A stretch of 64,000 nucleotides of DNA from Chiloscyllium plagiosum (Eukaryota), in assembly GCF_004010195.1 (NCBI RefSeq), contig NC_057732.1:15209951-15273950 (forward strand), in the 5' to 3' direction. Position 1 is the first letter of the stretch, and every line of letters begins with the position of its first letter. The notes under the pieces are model-generated. The model worked only from the letters and a program-made list of their open reading frames with translations, was not told the origin of the DNA and ran no database searches. Of this stretch, positions 37,147 to 49,959 are shown in pieces. Position numbers and translations under genes: made by a program.

Positions 37147-38899
37147 TGGTATACGTGACAATAAATTCAATTCAATTCAATTCTATCGGGCACCTGGGCC
37201 TAGCTATGGACCTGAAGCCTCAGCTCAACTTGCAAGCCTGACACTGCTCCTCGCTTGCCAGGAGTCCTTGGGCTGAGGTGGAGCTATGTCTGCTTCGTCC
37301 TGGTATTGCTTCTGCCGCAGCCGGATGTTCAATGTTTACCCAACCTCTCCACTCCAAGGGCTTGTTCTGCCACCTTCGTCCGCCATTCCATGCAGGGCCT
37401 GCTCTCGCTCATGTCACCACCACTGCTGCTGCAACAAAAAAGGTAAGAGAAAATACTTTCAAGATAAAAGAAATAAAAAGCAAAAGTAAAAAGAAAAAGA
37501 AAAAAAGCAGATGGAAATGGCCAAGCCCCAGGCTCAGTAACCCAAATGCTGCTACTCCACTGCCACCATCTTGATTGGGTCATTTGCCTTTAATTCAACA
37601 AATTTTAACTTTAATTAACAGTCTTTTATGAGGAAATGTAACAATTATCTTTTGGAAATTCATTTAAATAAGATCCATAAACATTCTCCTGTTTTGCAAC
37701 TGCTTAATAATTCACTCCTGTACGTCAGGCCCTCTCTGATAAACTAAGATGTTTGGTCATTTTATCCTTAACTATGGACTCTAGTAATTTGCTGACAATG
37801 GTACTCAGACTAACTGGTCTACAATTTCTTGGTTTCCTCACTCACCTTTCTTAAAACCTGAGTGACCTGCACAAGTTTTAAAGGAATAACTCCTGAATCA
37901 AGAAGGTAATAGTTTGGGATTCTGCAATGTTCTTAAATATGACCTTTGAAGTCCTGATATGAAATCCATATGGTCCTGGAGATTTGTCATGATTTGATGT
38001 CATTATTTCTTCATTACAGTTACTGTATTGGCCATGTTGGATATATCCTGTTTTTTTTTGTACAAGAAATACCTGGGCAATTTTCCACATTGTCTGGCAG
38101 AAGCCAATGTTGTAATTGTACTTGAAAAGCTTGGGTAGGGCTGAGGCAACTTCTGAAGCTATTGTTGACAGGGCCCATAACTTTTCCAGTATCCATAGCA
38201 TCCAGCTATTTTTTGATTTCACGTGGAGTGAATTGAATTGGCTGAAGAAATTGGCGCCTATGAAACTGGGAATCTATGGGCAAGACTGCAAGCCTCTTTG
38301 AGACTGTGCTCACACTGTCTTGCACTCATCAGCAACAGCAGTATGTTATCACTGCGGGGATTTCCACTGCCACCACCATATTTACTGACCAACTCCACAT
38401 CAGGCCAATCCCTGCCAACCACTTTCACATGGGAGAAGAATGAAAAAGAACAGCTTCTGGGAGCTCATAGGTGATTCTTCATTGCAAGTAGCAGCTCACA
38501 TTGATAAATGTATCACTACTTTACATCATCGCCTGTCTGATCGACTGTCATTGTAACTGCAAATACAGGAATCAATCTGCACATGCTTAGTACCGTCCCA
38601 TCTTCGAGACCATGTCTACTGTTTCCCTAATGCATTGCATAATGTCCTGTCATTGTTCTGTGTGGAAGCATCACATGTTTGAAAGTCCTCAAATCATTGA
38701 AAATGTTAACATTATTGAACAACAGCAGAAGTGAAAAAGAACACAAACAAAAAAAGAGTTTCATTTGCTTCAGTGATAAAATAGGGGCAGCTTTCCTTTC
38801 AAGCAACAACAAACCTACAGTCAATAAATGATCACCACCCAAACAAAATATAGGAAGAGGGTGTCAGTTAAAGACCCTTTGGCTTCTTGTGCCTGATGT

Positions 38900-39400
38900 A
38901 TGCAGCTGTCCGTCATGCAGAAGGTGAGGTTCTCCTGCTTAAAGTCCTCATCTTCCTCCTCAAACAACTGCCAACTTTTCCCAGTCTGTTGTCTCCCCTC
39001 TCCTCCCACTCCAGCTGTGCAGGACACAGCATGCTAACATTATGCAGCACTCCCTGTCTGGACTGCAATCCAAACTTCAGGAACCTCATCTTCAGGACTT
39101 CTACCAGCTTCTCCATGATGGACCAGGTCAAAGTATGTGCCACAATGTATCTACCCTTTGCCTCTGTCAGGGGTTGCAAAATGGAGTCATCAGCGTAGTT
39201 GCAGAGGGTAGCACTTGTCTGCCAGTAACCATTCCTGCAAGGCATCCAGCCCTCGGAACAAAGCAAGAACAAACATTTCTCAAGGACTTTGGCAGCATGG
39301 CAGTTTCTAGGTAAGTCTATGATGGTCAGTGATAGAATAATTAAATGGAGTCCGACTCTGTCAATGAAGGTAGTGGTGTTGGTACATGGTGCTACCAATT
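38900..39400 (-). pseudogene. Harbinger/PIF transposase (HARBI1-like DDE) relic
   Basis: ORF 38913-39398, QPLTEAKGRYIVAHTLTWSIMEKLVEVLKMRF...VLHN, resembles the Harbinger motif P.T.AE.RYN.AH..TR..IE...G.LK.RF...LHN. Confidence 0.7.
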
Positions 39401-39450
39401 AAATGTGTATACAGTTTATAGTGTCCTTTATCTGAGGGATGGCAAGTTTG

Positions 39451-39735
39451 TTGGCTCAATCTTTCTCCCACACTGAGCCCAATCTCTCCCCCGCATTGGG
39501 CTCAATCTCTCCCCCGCATTGGGCTCAATCTCTCCCCCGCATTGGGCTCAATCTCTCCTCCGCATTGGGCTCAATTTCTCCCCAGACTGGACTCAATCTC
39601 TCCCCATGCAGTGGGCTCAATCTTTCCCCCTGCACTGGGCTCAATCTCCCCCCCCCCCAGGCTTGATCTCTCTTCCCTGCACCAACCTTGATCCCTCCCT
39701 CACCCTGGGCTCAATCTCTCCCCATGCTGGGCCCA
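39451..39735. repeat. Minisatellite, 23-bp unit ttgggctcaatctctcccccgca (about 12 copies, degenerate at the edges)
   Basis: Near-perfect units are directly visible at 39496-39587. Confidence 0.9.
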
Positions 39736-40908
39736 ATGTCTGGATCGCTGTACATGTACACTGCTATCTTGCCACTGACAACCATGTAGGCTCACCAGCT
39801 GCCTCACCACAAGACGCCAAAGTCCCTGCTCGAGATCCACAGCTGCTGTCCCCATGACCGAGCTCCTTCCAGACAGGAAGTCATCAAGTCACGAGATGTA
39901 CAGCATTGAAACAGACCTTTCAGTCCAACTTGTCCATGCTAACTGAATATTCTAAATTAATCCAATCCCATTGTTGATTATTTGGCCCATTTCGCTCTAA
40001 ATCCTTCCTATTCATATGCCCATCTAGATGCCTTTTCAAACAGCAAAGCAGCAGCTCTGCAGATTCACTGCCGAGTCAGATTTATTTCTCTGTTTGGTTC
40101 ACTGGCCTTGTATCCCTTCATCCTTTATAAAGTGCCATTGTTTTGATCTGTTTACTCAAAGTTCCAAAACAATGCACCATCTTTTGGCACAGTGATTACT
40201 GCTCCCAAAATTCAAGGAAATCAGCTCCAACACTGAAAACACCTCAAAAGAGGTGCAGCTCTTACAGCCACAAGCTTCACCCGTCCTCCATCTTGGATTA
40301 CCTACAATCCTTAATCCACATAGAGCAAAAAAAACTAAAAAAAACTAATGATAAGGAAAAATTCAAGATGAGCTCCTGCTCAGGACCCCAACTCCAACAG
40401 GAACGGCATTGAGAATGACAGACTCAAGGCTTCCTTACCTCCTACACATCCTGCGGCGATCTCAAATTCTCCATGTTTGGCAGCTTCTGGAAGTTGTTTT
40501 TGGTCACGGACATTCTGGCGCATTTGTATCTCCTTCATTTCTCTGCACCTTCATTGCATCAGTGTCACTATGACAATAACTCCTGCTGTGGCTGGATCCA
40601 TTGGTCATGCTCCCAATGAACCTGTGTTTGGGAACAAAACTGAAAAACAGTCGCTTAATGATATGAGCAGTCAACATTCACATCACACTTAATTTAGTCC
40701 TGACCTCTATACAGTGGGACATGGAAGCCTCCAACAAGAAGGGCCAAAGAATACTTTGAATGGAATTTTGACGCAGTGGATCTTATTCTGATGTAAGCGC
40801 ACAGGCCATGTTGTACACATACAAGAGAAGATTGTAAATGTGGGAGGATTATTGAAAGCTTATCCTCCCCCTCCAACCCCATATCGGTCATAGAGTTATA
40901 GAGATGTA

Positions 40909-41408
40909 NNNNNNNNNNNNNNNNNNNNNNNNNNNNNNNNNNNNNNNNNNNNNNNNNNNNNNNNNNNNNNNNNNNNNNNNNNNNNNNNNNNNNNNNNNNN
41001 NNNNNNNNNNNNNNNNNNNNNNNNNNNNNNNNNNNNNNNNNNNNNNNNNNNNNNNNNNNNNNNNNNNNNNNNNNNNNNNNNNNNNNNNNNNNNNNNNNNN
41101 NNNNNNNNNNNNNNNNNNNNNNNNNNNNNNNNNNNNNNNNNNNNNNNNNNNNNNNNNNNNNNNNNNNNNNNNNNNNNNNNNNNNNNNNNNNNNNNNNNNN
41201 NNNNNNNNNNNNNNNNNNNNNNNNNNNNNNNNNNNNNNNNNNNNNNNNNNNNNNNNNNNNNNNNNNNNNNNNNNNNNNNNNNNNNNNNNNNNNNNNNNNN
41301 NNNNNNNNNNNNNNNNNNNNNNNNNNNNNNNNNNNNNNNNNNNNNNNNNNNNNNNNNNNNNNNNNNNNNNNNNNNNNNNNNNNNNNNNNNNNNNNNNNNN
41401 NNNNNNNN
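40909..41408. other. Assembly gap (500 N)
   Basis: Round-number N run; a CR1 tail (40889-40908) enters the gap and does not resume on the other side. Confidence 0.99.
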
Positions 41409-41842
41409 TAGCAAACTAAGATATAAGTTAGTAATTTGGCATTGGTTGAGGTAAAATCCTCCAACTGACTTTCATGATCTTAGTGCATCAATGCTGTTGA
41501 AAGTCAATAAAAAAAAAGGGTTTATTATAATATATTGTTACGTCTTTAGATAACAAGTTTATTTGTCACATGTTCCACGAAGGAAAAGGATAGTCATATA
41601 ATGAACTTGTCCCTTTATTAAGATGATACTCCACCTCCTCTTCCTTTTTGCTTATCCATTCAAAATGACGTATCTTTGAATATTCATTTCTTCGGCTTGT
41701 CATCCTGTGACAATTAAATCATCCCTATTTACCTCTATTTGAACATTCAAATCATCTACCTTATGGTGATCTAGGAGAGAGAGAGGCAGATTGAATGCAA
41801 ATTATCATCCACTCAACTATCATCTACTCACCCATACCTTTT

Positions 41843-42415
41843 GAGTATAGAAGTTGGGATGTCATGTTGAAGCTGTACAGGACATGGTGAGGCCTGTTTT
41901 GGAGTATTGTGGACAGTTATGCTCACCCTGTTAAAGGAAATATATTATTAAGCTGGAGAGGGTTCAGAAAAGACTTAGCAGGATGTTTCCAGAAATGGAG
42001 GGCTTGAGTTACAAAGAGAGGCTGGCAAGGCTGGAATACTTTTCACGGGAGAGTGGGAGGTTGAGAGGTGACCTCATGGAGGTTTATAAAATCATGAGTA
42101 TAGATAAGGTGAATAACAGGTACCTTTTCCCTGGGGTGGGGGATTTCAAGACTAAGGTGGCATATTTTTAAGATGAGGGGAGAAAGATTTTAAAAAAGAC
42201 ATGACGAGCAACATTTTTAGACTGAGAATGGTCTTGAGTAGAATGAACATCCAGAGGACGTGATAGATGTGGTGCAGTTACAATGTTTCAAAGACATTTG
42301 GATAGTACGTGAATAAGAAATGTTTGGTGATTTTATAGGCAGGTGGGACTAGTTTAGTTTGGGATTATGGTTGGATTGAACAGTCTGATTCTATGCTTTG
42401 TCTGTATGATTCTAC
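41843..42415 (+). mobile_element. CR1 LINE 3' end
   Basis: ORF 41983-42171 (GLSYKERL.RL..FS.E..RLRGDL.EVYKIM). Confidence 0.85.
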
Positions 42416-42771
42416 TCCAGCAAAGTATAATTGTGCCAAATTCAGAGTAGGACTACCTTCATTGCTGATTTGAAATTTGATTTGTTTTCAGTAGTTATAA
42501 TTCTCATTGCATGTTTAAATGAGATTGCCAGTTCATACTGAATAGTCTTATTTCATGTGAAGATAAACTCATTAAAGAATTGAGTTGATATAATCTGAAC
42601 TCTTTTACACAGGATTCTTCCAGCGACAAGAGAAATATGGTTTTCCTCTAACTCACTATGGGCTAGATTCAAAGCCAAGATTTAGATATCACTGTGTCCT
42701 CTCTCTGAATTTCTGATTAAATGTTTTTGTTTATGACAAAGTTAATAAGCTTGTCTCCTTTTATTTCACAG

Positions 42772-43199
42772 AACCATATTGCAATGGTATATGGTCATCT
42801 TGGTTTAATGAAAATACACCAACTATTCAGAACAAAGGGGATTCTGAGTTATTGGAGACAATTCGCTATAAACTGTGTCCTTCCTCCTCTTACAAAATAA
42901 ATGACATTGCTTGTGAAGCTGTCAAGTTCCCACAACGACCAATAAGTGAAACAAAGGATAATGTTTCTTGTGATATAAACGAAGGACTGATTTGTAATTA
43001 CAATGAACAGACACCGGAGAATCACCTCATGTGTTTGGATTATAGAATTAGGGTGTGCTGTGAGCCAATATTAACATCACAAATTACATCCACAGCCATT
43101 GTGTCTATTATACATTCTACAGTCTATGAGCCTCCAATTACCCATGTCACAGAGAAACCTCCAGAACCTTGTCAGTGCAATTCAAACCCACCAAGGAAG
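42772..43199 (+). CDS. Mucin-like gene exon A: CysD (Mucin2_WxxW) domain plus short S/T/P linker
   Basis: cag|(E)PYCNGIWSSWFNENTP...GDSE...C...I.CEA...VSCDINEGLIC.Y.EQ...MCLDYRIRVCC...PPRK|gtaagt. Confidence 0.92.
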
Positions 43200-44910
43200 G
43201 TAAGTAAATATGATTCATTTTTTCTAATGTAAAGAATGTCTTGAGTGAACACTTGAGTCAATAGGTTTTATCATGTTAAGAGATCTACAGGATGTTTCAA
43301 ATTGGGCACAAGTTTTTGATTAGGAAATAATCCAATGGCAATGGAATTTCCCTCTGGCAAATCATGACAATAATTCAAAGCTCATATTTCTGGTGAGACA
43401 AGACACAACAAAATTAAATGTTTTATTGTAATCACCCAACGATGGAACATTGCAGCCATTTTCATAGACTTCAGAGTGTCTTCATCTCTTGGTCTTTAGA
43501 CTCTACCAAGTATAGAGCCATGTGTAGCAACAGATATGAGAAATATGGCACCAAATAGATGTACCTACTTCTACGAAAGTTATGGTCAAACCTAAAATGT
43601 AACTGTGTCTGGACATTAATTGATACTTAGTTACATTTCCAAAATGTACAAAACATGGCACATTCTGAATTGATCCTGAAAATGTACACATTTTCAACAG
43701 CAAGTCTCATCGACTGAGAAGACACATTGGAAATCTGAGTGTGTACTCTTAATAGTTGCATAAAATTAAATCATGATTGGAATACCAATGATTACTGCCA
43801 AGAATGGCACTTGTAAAATGATACCACGAATATTGGTATGATAGTTTCAATGAGACAGCATATGGACTTAGCACAAGCCAACTGAATGAATTTTGTTCAG
43901 TATGGTTATGTATCTGATTCACCTGTGGCACAACAGCAGAATATATGATGACTTATAAAATTCCCTTCAAAATATTTGTTTTAATAAATCCTATTTTTAT
44001 GCTCAGTGGAATAATACATGTGTGCACATTAATTCCAAATTTTCACATTTCCTAACTTATATAAAGTTGAATACAAATGCTTCAACATTGTTTTTGCAGT
44101 GATATTCTGGGCAATCCCATCTCTGGGGATGGGATTGTTTATGGCTCCTCCTGCTCCTCCTTCTCCTATTAGTTCTTCAGGACTGGATGTTGCTGGGATT
44201 GCAGAGCATAGATCTTATCCATTGGTTATGTAATCACTTAGCCCTGTCATGTTTCTTACTGATTATGCAGTTTGCACAAAATAATCCAGTGTTGGAGCTT
44301 AACTAGGTTCCCACCTCAATTTTACATATGTTTGGTATGCTCAACTGCACTCTTCATTGAACTAAGGTTGAACTTCTGGCTTGATGGTAATGGCCAATTG
44401 GGGACACAATGCACGATGAGATTGCAGATTGTGTTTGATTATAATTTAACAGCTGTTGATGGATCACATTGCCTCATAGATACTAGTCTTGTAATGCTAT
44501 ATCTGATTGAAGTCAATCCCATTCAGCATGGTAGTAATGCCACATAACATCAAAGTAACATGGGATTGACCTCCTCAAAGACTGTACACCCCTACCAATA
44601 TTGTCATGGACAGATTGTATTGGTGACTGATTGATAAAGCAACAATAATTTTTTTTAGATTAGATTTGATTGCTTACAGTGTGGAAACTGTAATTATTAA
44701 ACTATACTTATCTACAAAATTCTGGAAAGCTAAAACTTATCAGTTTACTGATTCAGCAAAGCGATTTTTCCAGTTGTTATGAAATAAAGATTGTTTACTT
44801 AAAAGATAAATTGTTTGCATTAAATACTGATTACTTTCACCTTTATATGTTTACCTGCATTGAACAGGTCAATGTTAGAGTGATGAATTTGTTTTTAATT
44901 TTCTTTTTAG

Positions 44911-45082
44911 TGCTTGGAGACATGGAAGGAAAACTGCACAATAACTACTTGCATCGGCGGAGATACTTTTAAAATGAATCAAATTACCTGTCCTACATTA
45001 ATTAAACCAAAATGTATCAACAACATTGAGCCTGTGAAAGTTCACACTGCAGATGGATGTTGTGAGAAATGGGAATGTGACT
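44911..45082 (+). CDS. Mucin-like exon B (VWC-like segment before D4)
   Basis: CLETWKENCTITTC...DGCCEKWECD|gtgagt; phase-compatible with neighbours. Confidence 0.92.
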
Positions 45083-45329
45083 GTGAGTATCACTGACTTG
45101 TTCAAATTGCTGTCATTTTGATTATTGTTTAAAATGATGGCAACAGTTTTCAGCTTTGTGTGGGCCATAACATTGGCAGGCTGGTTTCACTGTTTATTGT
45201 ACATTCCTGTGAATTTTCCTTTCAATTGATATCAGTGGAAAGAAAAACCAGGCAGGATGGGTCATGGGCAGTAATATTACTCCAAAGCACTGATAATCCT
45301 CTGAAATTCTGTTTTTGATTTAATTTTAG

Positions 45330-45562
45330 GTGAATGTGAAATATGGGGAGACCCACACTATAGGTCATTTGATGGTACATGGTATGACTTCTTTGAGAAC
45401 TGTACATATACCCTGGTGGAAGAACGGGTTCCAAAATACAATTTCTCAGTTCTATTGGATAATTATTTTTGCTTCCCATTTGTAAAGAAGTCTTGTCCAA
45501 GGGGCCTAATTATTTCTTACAATGGAAATGTTGTACATATTTCAACTGGAGGAACATATGTG
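45330..45562 (+). CDS. Mucin-like exon C (start of VWD, GDPH motif)
   Basis: CECEIWGDPHYRSFDGTWYDFFENCTYTLVEE...GGTYV|gtaagt. Confidence 0.95.
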
Positions 45563-46534
45563 GTAAGTGCTTTAATATTCTATTGTGAAACTAGATTGAC
45601 GATTTATTATACCAGTATCACCAACCAATATATAGCTTAAGTAAGGTTGATGCATCCATTAACTAATACACTCATTGCCTGTGAACCATCCATTGCCCTA
45701 ACTTTCAGTGAAAAATCCTACGGAGACACATCAATCTATGAATGTAACCGTCCCCATCCCTTCTGCTCTACACAGTTCACCATTCCGTCTTCCATATTCT
45801 TATGATTCCTTTCACCCTTCAAATCCTACCTGTTTACTTTCATTAGTTTTGTTGAAGATAATATTAGTATAAAAATTATTAGTACTTGCTAAGCACCTGT
45901 CCTAATCCCCTAGCTGGCAGAATGGACTTCTTCATGGATTTCCAAATGATCAGCCTAACTACAATGTATACTTCTGAAATTTTAACTTTCAAATTTTTAA
46001 TTTGTTATTTATTTTTTATTACTTTGAACGTTTTTGTCATTTGATAAGATTGTATTCCATTTCATTTTCCATTTTATTCACTACTTACGTATGCAGATCA
46101 TCTTAAGATGCTACACAGCTAATGAAATACTTCTGAAATATTATTACTGTTATGTAGACAAATGAAGCTTTTGGACTGTGCTCCAAACAACATACATACA
46201 TAAAATTAAGAATTTGAGTCTGTTCTACCACTTAATAAGGTTATGGCTGATCTATTTGGGTTTGAATTCCATGTTCTCACCTACTCTCAATAACCTTTGA
46301 TTCCTTGCTTAATACGAATCTGTTTACCTCTGTTTTAACAACTGATCATATCTCCACAGCCTTATAAGGCAGGGAGTTCCAAAATCTCTCAAACTTCAGA
46401 CGTTTTCAAAGTTCTCCACACCAAGTTTTTAACCAGTCCTCCTTAGTTCTGAACACACCCACTATGAACTAGAAAAAAAACAGCCAATGTGTACTTTTTT
46501 GGGTAGAAATGATAGCGTACTTATTGTTGTGACA

Positions 46535-46655
46535 TGGAGGTGCTGGTGTTGGACTGGGTTGGACATAGTCAGACATCACACAACACCAGGTTATGGTCCA
46601 CCAGGTTTATTAGAAATCACAAGCTTTTGGAGCGTTGCTCCCTTGCCAGGTGAAA
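46535..46655 (-). mobile_element. Penelope family-2 terminal fragment
   Basis: ttggactggg...acaacaccaggttatggtcca; minus-strand stem GGAGC-AAC-GCTCC followed by AAAAGCT. Confidence 0.6.
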
Positions 46656-46659
46656 TGCA

Positions 46660-47630
46660 GATATGTGTGAGGTGACACATTTTGGCAGGAAGAAAATTTA
46701 AAGATAATACAGTAAATCCTCCGTATCTGCAAAATCATGAATCCCGAATTCACCTATCTGCGCCCCCAAAAAAGTAACAACAAAAATCAACATCTGCGAG
46801 CAAAAGTAATGTATCTGCAATTATTAACCTATTTTTAACTTGAGCTCCAAACTTGTGAATGTCATCATTCACAGGATGTTTCTCAGGAACAGAACAATGT
46901 GGATATGGAGGAATGACTGTATAAAAAGGAGGTGCAGGAGTAGAGAGAGCAGTTATGTTCATTGATCATTGAAAATGGCAGAGCAAGTAGAGAGAGAAGT
47001 AGTGCGTGCAGTATCCTCCGCTTTATTAAGAGAAGCAAAGAGTACAAGAGCAAGGAGGTGATATTGAACTTGCATAATGCACTTTTTAGAAAATTGTGGA
47101 AAATTGTTGGAAAATTGTGAACAATTCTGGGCACCACAATGTGGAAAGGATGTGAAGGCATTTGAGAGAGTGCAGAAGCGATTCACTAGAATTGTTCCTG
47201 GGGAAAGGAAACTCAGCTATGATAGATTGAAGAAGTTGTGACTGTAATCCCTGGAGGGAAGAAGGCAAAGAGAAGATCTGATAGAGGTTCTCAAAATCAC
47301 AAGTGGGCCACACAGAACAAATAGGTGGAAACTGTTCCCAATGGTAATTGAACAAGAGGGCATAGATTTAAGGTGATTTGCAAAAGAAAAAGCCAGGGTG
47401 AAGTGAGGAAAAACTTTTTTCACTCAGCGATAGGTAGATTAAATAATGTACTGTCGGGAGGAGGCAGGTTTAATTGCAGCATTCAAGTGGACATTGTAAG
47501 ATTGTTTGGATAAAAATAATATGCAAAGTTATGGGGCAGAAAGCAGGAGATTGGTACTTTGTAATGATGATCATTTAATGATCTAGTGCAGGCAAGAGAG
47601 GCTGAACCTCTTCCTTCTGTGCCGTAACAT
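46660..47630 (+). mobile_element. Old CR1 fragment interrupted by a Tigger-like end at about 46710-46830
   Basis: HFGRR..., EQFWAPQ..KDVKAFERVQKRFTR remnants; TA|CAGTAAATCCTCCGTATCTGC at 46708. Confidence 0.65.
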
Positions 47631-48002
47631 TTCCATCACTTTGTAAATCTATAATCAATATTTTATTGGGAGGACAATGGTTTCTTAGTTTCAAGATTAT
47701 CCAAGCCCTTTGAGTGAAACTTCTTTTGGGTAGCAAAAGAGAGAGAGAGACTTGAGCAATAGAGACCAAATTCACCTGCTGTTCTGGGGAGCAGATAGTA
47801 TATTCATCAATGGGACCATCCTGAGCTCCTGTAACCTGAACAATGTAAAATAATTCTGAGACAAACAAAACGCCAAAATAGCAGAGAAATAAAAACAGCT
47901 TAAATGTCCTTTTAGCTTAAAGTTTCAAATTAGAAATTAATTACAACATACAAATGCTTTGTGGTTTGGGACAGATTTCAAAGATGTGTTTTTTTTTCAC
48001 AG

Positions 48003-48186
48003 TTAACTGTCAACGGAAATAATGTGAGTCCTCCCTACAATGCAAATGACTTTATCATTACTAAACTGGGCATCAGCACATATATTTCTATTCCTGGTAT
48101 TCGAACAACTATTACTGCTTACCCTAATGCCTTTAAAATCAGGGTACCAGAACAATACTTCCTTAACAACACTCAAGGCCAATGTG
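48003..48186 (+). CDS. Mucin-like exon D (VWD)
   Basis: LTVNGNNVSPPY...FLNNTQGQCG|gtatgt. Confidence 0.93.
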
Positions 48187-49246
48187 GTATGTGTTCTGAT
48201 TATGTGCCATTATATAACTTTATATATCGATAAGATTGGATTCAGGGATAATAATGCCATTGAATATAACTAACTTCTCTCACTCGAGCTGGTTCAACAA
48301 GTGCCAGGCATTGACTATCTCCAAGAAGAGACCATTTAACCACCTCTCCTTGACATTCAATGGCAACATCATTATTGAGCCAACGTTCTTGGATTAGCAT
48401 TGAGCAGTAACTGAACTCAATCAGCCATGTGGACATTGTGGCTGCAAGACAGGTCAGAGGTTTGGAATTTTGTCACCAGTAACTCACCTCTTGAGTCTGT
48501 GATTCCCCATCCACCATCTACAAGGCACAAGAGGGGAGGGTGATGGAATACTTGCTGCATGACTGCAACTCTAACAACTCTCAAAAAGCTGACACCATCC
48601 ACTACAAAGCAACCCATTTGATTGTTAACTCATCAACCACCATAAACATTCACCCTCAAACACAATCTCCTCAGCACTCTCCCTGCCTGAGGCATAGTGA
48701 CCCTCAGGTTAAACCTCCACTACTCATCTAACTCTAATGAGAGAGTAGTTCTATGGTTTGGTAAGATTATGGCAACTTTTTAACCACCATTGAGACAAAG
48801 AGGTAGCAATGTGTACTGGCTACAACATGAGCTGCAAAAATACCTAGAGCTTTCTTCAACAGAATCTCAAACCTGTGATCTCTAAGACCTAGAAGGTCAA
48901 GAGTAATTGCTGCCCAGGAACACAATCACCTTTTAAGTGCCTCTCAGTGCCACTTACCATCCTGACTTGGAACTATATTGTGGTGTCTTCTCTGTCTCTG
49001 GGTCCATGTCCAGGAACTCCCTTCCTAAAGCTCTGCTGGTGTACCCTCACCCCAAGCTCTGCTGTGGATACAAACAGATGACTCCCCACTACCTTCTGAA
49101 GTTTTATAGGGATGGACAATAACTAGTGGCCTAGCAAAAGACACTCTGAGATTGTCAATAAACCAAAAAATAAGCAAAATGTCATTGGTAAATGTCATAA
49201 GTTTTGATTGGTACTTAATGCAGTTCCTTTGTTTTTCTGATTTTAG

Positions 49247-49457
49247 GATCCTGTTCACACTCCCCACCCCAATGCATAAGAAAGAATGGAAAGGCTGAGC
49301 CAAATGACTGCTGTCACAGAACTGCATTTGATTGGAGAGTGCAAGATTCCAGAAAGCCTTACTGTCAATCAGCTCCTACAAATGTGCCTTGTACCCCAAT
49401 TCCCCCTCCTCCAACATGCAAACCTGAAAAAACAATCTGTGATCTTATTCAAAGCCA
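49247..49457 (+). CDS. Mucin-like exon E (end of VWD, linker)
   Basis: GSCSHSPPQCIRKNGK...AFDWRV.D..KPYC...ICDLIQS|gtaagt. Confidence 0.9.
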
Positions 49458-49959
49458 GTAAGTGAATTCATTCTTCATATTTCATTTCTTTTGCTGTAAT
49501 AATTGAATAATGATTTACACTGCCATTTATATTCTATATTTTCAATTGAGCTACAATTTTACTTTGTTCACAGGATGTTAATGCTCTTGGCAAGGCCAGC
49601 ATTTATTGCCCATTCCTAACTTCCCTTGGGTAGATAATGGTGAGCTGCTTTCATAGCTACTGCATAATGATAGTGTCCCCACCTCCGAGACAGGAGGCCT
49701 AGGTTCAAGCCCATCTATTCCAGAGATACATAATAAGATTGCAAAACAGATTCTTTGAAAAATATCTATTCAGCTGCAGTATACCAACACTCTGGTGTAG
49801 GTTCATCCACAAGTCCTGTTCGGAAGGGAGATCCAGGATTGTGACAAGCTAATCGTCAACTACGAAGGTAGTCCTAAGGCAGATGTCAGAGGCAGGTTCT
49901 TTACTCAGAGAGTGGCAAGGGCGTGCAATGCCCTGCCTGTCAATGTCTAATATAGTGTT

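Noticed and set aside
39451-39735. Tandem repeat as a CRISPR array or mucin PTS exon
   Set aside because: No spacers and a eukaryotic context; the 23-bp unit is not a multiple of three and encodes no Thr/Ser-rich frame.
40694-41464. Long ORFs spanning N runs (also 54826-56138)
   Set aside because: Artefacts of translating through assembly gaps.
42613-42639. Possible 27-nt mucin mini-exon (GFFQRQEKY) after ttttacacag
   Set aside because: Phase-compatible, but the donor GTTTTC is very weak; left out of the model pending RNA evidence.
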